The translations under genes and the position numbers were made by a program. This document shows, in pieces, positions 54,495 through 64,000 of a DNA stretch of 64,000 nt (positions are counted from its first letter, which is position 1; every line of letters begins with the position of its first letter). This DNA is from an uncultured Chloroflexia bacterium. GTDB taxonomy: Bacteria; Chloroflexota; Limnocylindria; Limnocylindrales; CSP1-4. Location of the stretch: the NCBI GenBank assembly GCA_963776545.1, contig CAVZND010000006.1:13565-77564 (forward strand), in the 5' to 3' direction. The notes beneath the pieces are model-generated. The model ran no database searches. It worked only from the letters and a program-made list of their open reading frames with translations, and was not told the origin of the DNA.

Positions 54495-55669
54495 CGTCCC
54501 TCGCGCCGCTGGAGCTCGTACAGCAGCGTCGCGACGATCCGGGCCCCGGACGCACCGATCGGGTGGCCGAGGGCGATGGCGCCACCGTTGACGTTCACCT
54601 TGTCCCAGTCGAAGCCGAGCTCGGTCCCATCGGCCAGCGTCTGGGCGGCGAACGCCTCGTTGATCTCGATGAGGTCGAATGCCTCGATCGGCATCTCGAT
54701 CCGGTCGAGCAGTCGGCGGACGCCCTGGACGGGGGCCAGGAACAGCCACTTGGGTTCGACCTCGGCCTGGGCGTAGCCGACGATCCTGGCCAGCGGCTTC
54801 AGGCCGTATCGCTCGACCGTCCGCTCGCTCGCGACGACGGTCGCCGCGGCGCCGTCCGTGATGCCGGGTGCGTTGCCGGCGGTGACGGTGCCCTCCGTTG
54901 CGCCGCCACGGTCCTCGCCGGCGGGTAGGTCGAAGACCGGCTTGAGGCGAGCCAGGGCCTCGATGGTCGAATCCCGCCGGGGCCCTTCGTCCACGGCCAC
55001 GACGGTCTCGCGCCCCTTCGCATCGCGCAAGGTGACCGGCGCGATCTCGGGCTCGAAACGACCTTCGTCGATCGCCTCGATCGCGCGCACGTGGCTGCGC
55101 AGGGCGAATTCGTCCTGCGCCTGACGGCTGATCGTGTTGGAGATCGCGACGCGTTCGGCATGCGTGCCCATGTGGCACCCCTCGACGGCGCACCACAGGC
55201 CATCCTGGACGGTGGCGTCGACGAGCGTCCCGTTGCCCAGGCGGTAGCCGAAGCGGGCCTTGGGCAGGAGGTACGGCGCGCCGTTCATGCTCTCCATCCC
55301 GCCCGCGACGACGACGTCGGCGTCACCGGCCCGGATCTCCGCCGCCCCGAGCATGATCGCCTTGAGCGCGGAGCCGCAGACCCGGTTGATGGTCGTGGCA
55401 CTCGTCGTGACCGGGAGGCCGCCCCGAAGGGCCGCCTGGCGGGCAGGAGCCTGTCCGACGCCGGCCTGGAGCACCTGGCCCATGAGGACCTCGTCGATGG
55501 TCGCCTCGGTCGGGAGCCCGCTCCGCTCGACCGCCGCCCGGATGGCGACACCACCGAGCTCGACCGCGGGCACGTCCGCGAGCGCGCCGCCGAACTTGCC
55601 GATCGGCGTCCTGGCGGCGCTGACGAGATAGACGCCGCCGTTGCGGCCGGTCTGCGTCGTGTCTTCCAC
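54428..55669 (-). CDS. phaA: acetyl-CoA C-acetyltransferase (thiolase II)
   Basis: 413 aa. Contains ARTPIGKFGG, the active-site region NRVCGSALKA, NEAFAAQ, GGAIALGHPIGASG and CLGGGG. Confidence 0.9.
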   Translation of the reverse strand: MEDTTQTGRNGGVYLVSAARTPIGKFGGALADVPAVELGGVAIRAAVERSGLPTEATIDEVLMGQVLQAGVGQAPARQAALRGGLPVTTSATTINRVCGSALKAIMLGAAEIRAGDADVVVAGGMESMNGAPYLLPKARFGYRLGNGTLVDATVQDGLWCAVEGCHMGTHAERVAISNTISRQAQDEFALRSHVRAIEAIDEGRFEPEIAPVTLRDAKGRETVVAVDEGPRRDSTIEALARLKPVFDLPAGEDRGGATEGTVTAGNAPGITDGAAATVVASERTVERYGLKPLARIVGYAQAEVEPKWLFLAPVQGVRRLLDRIEMPIEAFDLIEINEAFAAQTLADGTELGFDWDKVNVNGGAIALGHPIGASGARIVATLLYELQRREGRYGLATLCLGGGGSVAMAFERI

Positions 55670-55729
55670 AGTGGTTCTCCTCGCTCGTTGCGTGTCCCTG
55701 GTCGTCCGGCCCCCAGCGGAGTCCCCGAC

Positions 55730-56473
55730 CTAGGTGTATAGGCCGCCGTTGATCTCGATCGCCTGGCCGGTGAGGTAGTCGCCGTGCGCGACAAGGAACA
55801 CGACCATCTGCGCGATCTCCTCCGGGCGCCCGAAGCGACCCATCGGGATCTTCGCCAGGATCGTGGCCCGAACCTCCTCCGGCATCGCCGCGATCATCTC
55901 CGTCTCGATGAAGCCGGGCGCGATCGCATTGACCGTGATGCCCTTGCGGGCCACCTCGAGTGCCGCGGACTTGGTGAAGCCGACGATCCCCGCCTTGGCC
56001 GCCGCATAGTTGGCCTGGCCGAAGTTGCCGTGCAGGCCGATCACCGAGCTGATGTTGATGATCCGGCCGTAGCTGGCGGCGACCATGTGCGGAAGCACGC
56101 GGGACGTCAGCTGGAAGACACTCGTGAGGTTGGTCTGCAGGACGGCGTCCCACTCCTGGGCCGTCATCTTCGCGAGCGAGCGGTCGCGGGTGATCCCCGC
56201 GTTGTTCACGAGCACGTCGATCTTCCCGAAGCGCTCGACGACGGCGGCGACCGCCGGCTCGATGGCCTCCGGGTCACCGACATCGAAACCCAACGCGAAC
56301 GAATCGCCACCGAAGGGCGCGATCTCGGTGACGACGGCTTCCGCCGCGTCCTTGTTGTTGGCATAGCCGACGGCCACGGACGCTCCGAGCCGCCCGAGCT
56401 CGAGCGCGATCGCCCGGCCGATGCCACGCGATCCGCCTGTGACGAGGCACGCCTTGCCTGACAGCTCAGCCAT
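55730..56473 (-). CDS. phaB: acetoacetyl-CoA reductase / 3-oxoacyl-ACP reductase (SDR)
   Basis: 247 aa from the ATG at 56473 (AGGAGGG SD). Contains TGGSRGIGRA, NNAG and YAAAKAG. Confidence 0.85.
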   Translation of the reverse strand: MAELSGKACLVTGGSRGIGRAIALELGRLGASVAVGYANNKDAAEAVVTEIAPFGGDSFALGFDVGDPEAIEPAVAAVVERFGKIDVLVNNAGITRDRSLAKMTAQEWDAVLQTNLTSVFQLTSRVLPHMVAASYGRIINISSVIGLHGNFGQANYAAAKAGIVGFTKSAALEVARKGITVNAIAPGFIETEMIAAMPEEVRATILAKIPMGRFGRPEEIAQMVVFLVAHGDYLTGQAIEINGGLYT

Positions 56474-56555
56474 CGCAGTACCCTCCTGGACTCGGCCAAG
56501 GCACGACGAAGTGGCCGGCGGATCGCCGGCCACTTCGGTGCTCATCAGCCGTCGA

Positions 56556-56954
56556 TCAGCGCTTCGTGGGTTCGGTCGCCTTCGTGGCCATCTTCACCGT
56601 GGTCTGCCAGCTCTCAAGGGTCGCCTTCTGCGTCCGCTTGACGAGCTCGCTGAACTGCGCGACGGCCTCTCGATTGCTCTTCACGCCGAGGTCGAACATC
56701 CCCAGTCCGGCATCGATGGCCGCGTTCTGCGCTTCGAACGCCGTCTTGAGGATCGACTCGCTCTGGACGGACCAGGTGCCGAGCAGATCGCGGCTGATGA
56801 CACTGGTGTCGTCCGCGAAGGTCCGCGCGGCCTCGATCGATGCCTTCGCGGTCTCGGTCCCGTTGCGGGCTGCCTGTGCGGCGATGCGGGTCGCTTCGGC
56901 GACGGCCGCGGCTGCGGACTCAGGCATCTCGTTGGTGGTTGTGGTGGTGGACAT
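56556..56954 (-). CDS. phasin-family PHA-granule-associated protein
   Basis: 132 aa from the ATG at 56954 (AAGGAGG SD). It is an Ala/Glu/Thr/Lys-rich helical protein lying between the pha genes. The assignment rests on composition and context. Confidence 0.6.
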   Translation of the reverse strand: MSTTTTTNEMPESAAAAVAEATRIAAQAARNGTETAKASIEAARTFADDTSVISRDLLGTWSVQSESILKTAFEAQNAAIDAGLGMFDLGVKSNREAVAQFSELVKRTQKATLESWQTTVKMATKATEPTKR

Positions 56955-57083
56955 CTCGGTCCTCCTTCGACTATTATCCATTCGCCTGTATTGGCTCACC
57001 GGCTCTAGGTGCATTGTGCACTTAGTGTGCTAAGATTGTCAAGTACCGCCGCCAGATCGGATCGAGGACGTCGAGCACGAACC

Positions 57084-57641
57084 ATGCCAGATCGCCAGAC
57101 CGCGTCCGAACGCCGCTCCGCACCTGATCCGTCGTTGGACGGGCGGCGGGCCCGAGGTCGCCGCACGGATCCGCGTGATCCAGATCGGCGCGCCGCCAGC
57201 GATGGCCGCGACACGCGACCCGAGGGTGCGGACGAGCCGGCGGAAGAGCCTGAGGCGCTCTTCGGCTGGCCGCCACGCGACTTCCTCGCCCCGTTCGTCC
57301 TGCTGGCGGTGTCGATGCAGCGATCGCACGGGTATGTGATCGAGGACTACCTGCGCGCGCTCGGCCTGTTCGGGATCACCATGAGCACGCTGTACCGGAC
57401 CCTTCGCCAGATGGAGAAGGACGGCTTCCTCGAATCGACCTGGGAGCCGGGGCCGACCGGTCCCGCCCGCAGGGTGTACACGATCACCGATGCGGGCCAC
57501 GTCTGGCTGGACTCTTCGGCAGCGATGCTCAACGCCTATCGCGAGACCATCGATCGGTTCTTCGGTCTGTATGGCGCCGGCCCGCGTGCGAACCGCGACC
57601 GCCGCGCTGACTCGAAGGCCGAGAAGGAGACGCCGCTATGA
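57084..57641 (+). CDS. PadR-family transcriptional regulator
   Basis: Contains LLAVSMQRSHGYVIEDYL...STLYRTLRQMEKDGFLESTWE...RRVYTITDAG. The start is uncertain (57009 or 57084). Confidence 0.8.
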   Translation: MPDRQTASERRSAPDPSLDGRRARGRRTDPRDPDRRAASDGRDTRPEGADEPAEEPEALFGWPPRDFLAPFVLLAVSMQRSHGYVIEDYLRALGLFGITMSTLYRTLRQMEKDGFLESTWEPGPTGPARRVYTITDAGHVWLDSSAAMLNAYRETIDRFFGLYGAGPRANRDRRADSKAEKETPL

Positions 57642-58227
57642 CCAAGACCAAGGAAACGGGCCAGGCCGTCGATCCGTTCGAGACGTGGCGCCAGCTGTAC
57701 GACGCCAACGAGCGCGCATGGACCACGGCCATCGGCGAGGCCATGGACAGCCCGGAATTCGCCGATTCCAGCGGGAAGATGCTCGAGACGATGCTCGCCG
57801 CCCAGAAGGCGGTCCGCGAGAACATGCGCACCTACCTCGAGACGATGAACGTGCCGACGCGGGAGGACATCGCCCGCCTCGGCGAGCTCATCGTGGGGTT
57901 GGAGGAGAAGGTCGACCAGGTGGTCGACCGGCTCGATGATCTCGAGGCTGCCGTTCGCGCCGTGCCCGCCGGCGCCACGGGCCCAGCCGGGCCGGCTGGG
58001 CAGACCGGGCGCGTGGGACCCGCCGGGACGCGTGGGCCAGTGGGGAAGGCCGGCCCGCAGGGGCGGCCAGGCCCCAGGGCCGGCCAGGTCCCCAGGGCAA
58101 ACGAGGGCTCCAGGGTCCGGCCGCTCGGGTCAAGCCCGCCGGGACGCCCCGTGTACCGGGTCGCGCCGTGGCCGCCCGAGCCCCGAAGCCCATCGCGGGC
58201 CCGAAGCCTGAAGGCGGCGCTCGATGA
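57638..58227 (+). pseudogene. phaE: PHA synthase subunit PhaE/PhaR-like protein with a collagen-like Gly-X-Y tract; apparent 1-nt frameshift in a C4 run
   Basis: The N-terminal part DPFETWRQLYD...ETMNVPTREDIARLGELIVGLEEKVDQVVDRLDDLE is PhaE-like. Gly-X-Y triplets start at 57971. The frame breaks at CCCC 58072-58075. The shifted frame continues Gly-X-Y and ends at TGA 58225-58227, overlapping the phaC ATG (ATGA). Confidence 0.7.
57971..58122 (+). repeat. collagen-like (Gly-X-Y)n coding tract, about 17 triplets across the frameshift
   Basis: GAT GPA GPA GQT GRV GPA GTR GPV GKA GPQ GRP GP(Q) | GRP GPQ GKR GLQ GPA, read directly from the DNA. Confidence 0.8.
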
Positions 58228-59294
58228 CCACGATGCCACCCCCGATCCCGCCGGACGCCGCGAGTGTCTGGTTCTCGAACGATCGAGCCCTGGAGATGGC
58301 GCGAGCCGTCCTCGGCTCGATCGACGCGCAGGTCGGTCTCACCCCGAAGGAGCTGGTCTGGCGCAAGAACAAGGCGCGCCTCTACCGCTATGTCCGGTCC
58401 GAGCCCGCGACCCACCGGACGCCGATCTTCCTCGTCCTCCCGCTGATCAACCGCTCGTACATCCTCGACCTGCGCCCCGGCGCCAGCTTCGTCGGGTTCC
58501 TCCTGAACGAGGGCTTTGACGTCTTCCTCATCGACTGGGGCACGCCGGCTGACGAGGACCAGGGGCTCGACGTGACCGCGCTGGTGACCCGCTATCTGCC
58601 ACGGGCCGCGAAGGCCATCCAGCGGACCACCGGCGCGGACCAGATGACCGTCCTGGGCTACTGCATCGGCGGGACCCTCGCCGCCTGTTTCGCGGCCCTC
58701 CATCCCGAGGTCACCCGCAATCTCGTGCTGCTGACGGCTCCGATCGACTTCTCGGATGCCGGTCAGTTCGGTCGCATGACGGCGCGCGGCAGCTTCCCGG
58801 TCGAGCAGCTGACCGACACCTACCCGACCGTGCCGTCCCAGTTCCCAGACATCGGCACGAAGATGCTCAACCCGGTGGCCAACTACGTGGGTACCTACCG
58901 GCAGCTCTGGAACAAGCTCGCCGACCCCGAGTTCGACGTCCGCGGCTGGCAGGCGATGTACCGCTGGGTGAATGACAGCGTCCCGTTCGCTGGGGCCGCG
59001 TTCCGCCAATGGATCGTCGAGTTCTACCAGGAGAATCGCCTGGCTCGGAACATGCTCGACATGGACGGCCGGCGCGTCCGCCTGGCCGACATCCGCTGCC
59101 CGGTCCTCAACATCGCCGCGAGCCGGGATCAGATCGCCCCGCGCACGACCACGAGCGTCGTCACGAGCCGTGTCAGCAGCGACGACGCTTCGGAGATCCT
59201 CGTCGAGGGCGGGCACGTCGGGATCGTCGTCGGTCGCCGGGCCAGCCAGGATCTCTGGCCGCACGTCGGTGCCTGGCTCGCCGCGCACGACTGA
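58224..59294 (+). CDS. phaC: class III poly(R)-hydroxyalkanoate synthase PhaC
   Basis: 356 aa, alpha/beta hydrolase with lipase box GYCIGG. The size and the preceding phaE fit class III. Confidence 0.9.
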   Translation: MTTMPPPIPPDAASVWFSNDRALEMARAVLGSIDAQVGLTPKELVWRKNKARLYRYVRSEPATHRTPIFLVLPLINRSYILDLRPGASFVGFLLNEGFDVFLIDWGTPADEDQGLDVTALVTRYLPRAAKAIQRTTGADQMTVLGYCIGGTLAACFAALHPEVTRNLVLLTAPIDFSDAGQFGRMTARGSFPVEQLTDTYPTVPSQFPDIGTKMLNPVANYVGTYRQLWNKLADPEFDVRGWQAMYRWVNDSVPFAGAAFRQWIVEFYQENRLARNMLDMDGRRVRLADIRCPVLNIAASRDQIAPRTTTSVVTSRVSSDDASEILVEGGHVGIVVGRRASQDLWPHVGAWLAAHD

Positions 59295-59325
59295 TCCGAC
59301 CCGCCCGGCGGAGCTTGAAGCGGGT

Positions 59326-60380
59326 CTAGGTCTCGCGGACCGGGTCGCCCGGCCGCCGCGAAGTCGGAGTCAGTTCTCGCGTCGCGACCCATGATCGAAG
59401 CGTGCGCATGTAGTTGGCGCGCTCGAACGCGGACGGGTTCTCGGCCGTGGCCTGGCTGGCGCTGCCCCGCAGCTGCGCTACCAATTCGTACTCGTGCTCC
59501 GTCATCCACGCCCGAACCTCGGCTTCGACCGTGCCGATGTGCTCGGGGCCGTGGCGCAACAGCGCCGAGGTCATCATCACCACGTCGGCCCCGACCATGA
59601 GGCCCTTGATCGCATCGGTCCCAGAGTGGACACCGGAGCTCGCCGCGAGCGACACGTCCGGCCCGAGCTGGGGTCGCAGGATGGCGATCCACCGCACCGG
59701 CAGCCGCAGCTCCCAGGAGTGGCTCAGCTCGATGCGCGGGACGACCTCGAGCTCCTCGAGGTCGAAGTCCGGCTGGTAGAACCGGTTGAACAGCACCAGC
59801 CCCTCGGCACCGGCGGCCTTGGCGCTCGCGGCGAAGTTGGCCAGGGCGGAGTAGTACGGGCTCAGCTTGATCGCGAGCGGGATCGTGACCGCCGCCCGGA
59901 CGGCCGTGATCAGTTCCAAGTCGGCCGCTTCGATCTCGGCCGCCGACCTTCGCGCGTCTGCCGCGACCCGGTACACGTTGAGTTCGAGCGCGTCGGCCCC
60001 GGCATCCTGGATGAGCCGGGCATAGCGCACCCAGCCGCCGGCGCTGTATGCGTTGAGGCTGGCGATGATCGGCACACCCACGCCGGCCTTGACCCGCTCG
60101 AGCCCCGCAAGATACCGATCGGCGGCGCCGATGATCCGATCGATCGCCGGGAAGTAGTCGAGCGCCTCGGCAAAGGCCTCGGTGCCCTGTTCGAGCGAGT
60201 GGTCAAGTTCGATCTCCTCCGCCAGGATCTCCTCCTCGAACAGCGATGGCAGCACGATGGCGCCCGCTCCCGCGCGCTCGAGGCGTCGGGCCATCGCCGG
60301 CTCTCCGTTCTGTGGAGCGGCTGAAGCCACGATCGGGGAGCGAAGCTCGAGACCGAGGTAGCTCGTCCGCAGTTCGATGG

Positions 60381-60384
<4 letters not shown>
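59326..60384 (-). CDS. dihydroorotate dehydrogenase-like (TIM-barrel flavoprotein) protein coupled to PFOR
   Basis: 352 aa from the ATG at 60384 (ATGA overlap with the PFOR stop). Contains LELRSPIVASAAP, ADALELNVY, IKLSP and LVLFNRF. Confidence 0.75.

Positions 60385-64000
<3,616 letters not shown>

Noticed and set aside
57638-58519. Taking the 293-aa track ORF at face value as PhaE.
   Set aside because: After the C4 run, the translation loses the Gly-X-Y periodicity and runs ~290 nt out of frame through phaC. The alternative frame keeps the periodicity and ends in an ATGA overlap with phaC.

Overview
This is a very GC-rich chromosomal segment with actinobacterial-style codon usage. GC3 is high enough that long spurious shadow ORFs appear on both strands. 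I saw no rRNA, tRNA, CRISPR array, transposase or integrase.

Gene order, left to right:
- 1-5.7 kb: livKHMGF-type branched-chain amino-acid ABC transporter. LivG carries an inserted membrane hairpin.
- 6-10 kb: GNAT acetyltransferase, a NYN-domain protein with a ~470-aa RGG/AKP-rich tail, holB and an acylphosphatase.
- 10.4-12.2 kb: a translationally coupled three-gene operon of two unknowns plus an acyl-ACP thioesterase-like protein.
- 12.2-17.0 kb: a split pyruvate/2-oxoacid:ferredoxin oxidoreductase whose two halves are interleaved with CBS and CBS-BON proteins.
- 17.2-24.3 kb: a group-3b-like cytoplasmic [NiFe] hydrogenase operon. It runs cNMP-binding protein, fused beta-gamma diaphorase, small subunit, large subunit, endopeptidase, HypC-like protein, DMT transporter, unknown protein.
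- 24.6-31.8 kb: USP, then a LacI/GH127/CUT1-ABC arabinose-type locus with an araA stump and several frameshifts.
- 31.9-36.2 kb: LLM oxidoreductase, aldose epimerase, M24-like protein and Gfo/Idh/MocA oxidoreductase.
- 36.3-43.9 kb: ROK regulator and xylFHG-xylB-xylA. xylH, xylG and xylB are multiply frameshifted.
- 44-47.5 kb: small accessory genes.
- 47.7-50.9 kb: ArsR-DsrE-TusA-DsrE-TusA-SQR sulfur-trafficking cluster.
- 51-54.5 kb: hemerythrin, unknowns, a baeRF-like protein and a GyrI-like protein.
- 54.4-59.3 kb: PHA locus (thiolase, reductase, phasin, PadR, PhaE with a collagen-like Gly-X-Y tract, class III PhaC).
- 59.3-64 kb: a DHOD-like protein coupled to a monolithic PFOR that runs off the right edge.

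All calls rest on reading the translated ORFs and the DNA by eye. No database search was run.
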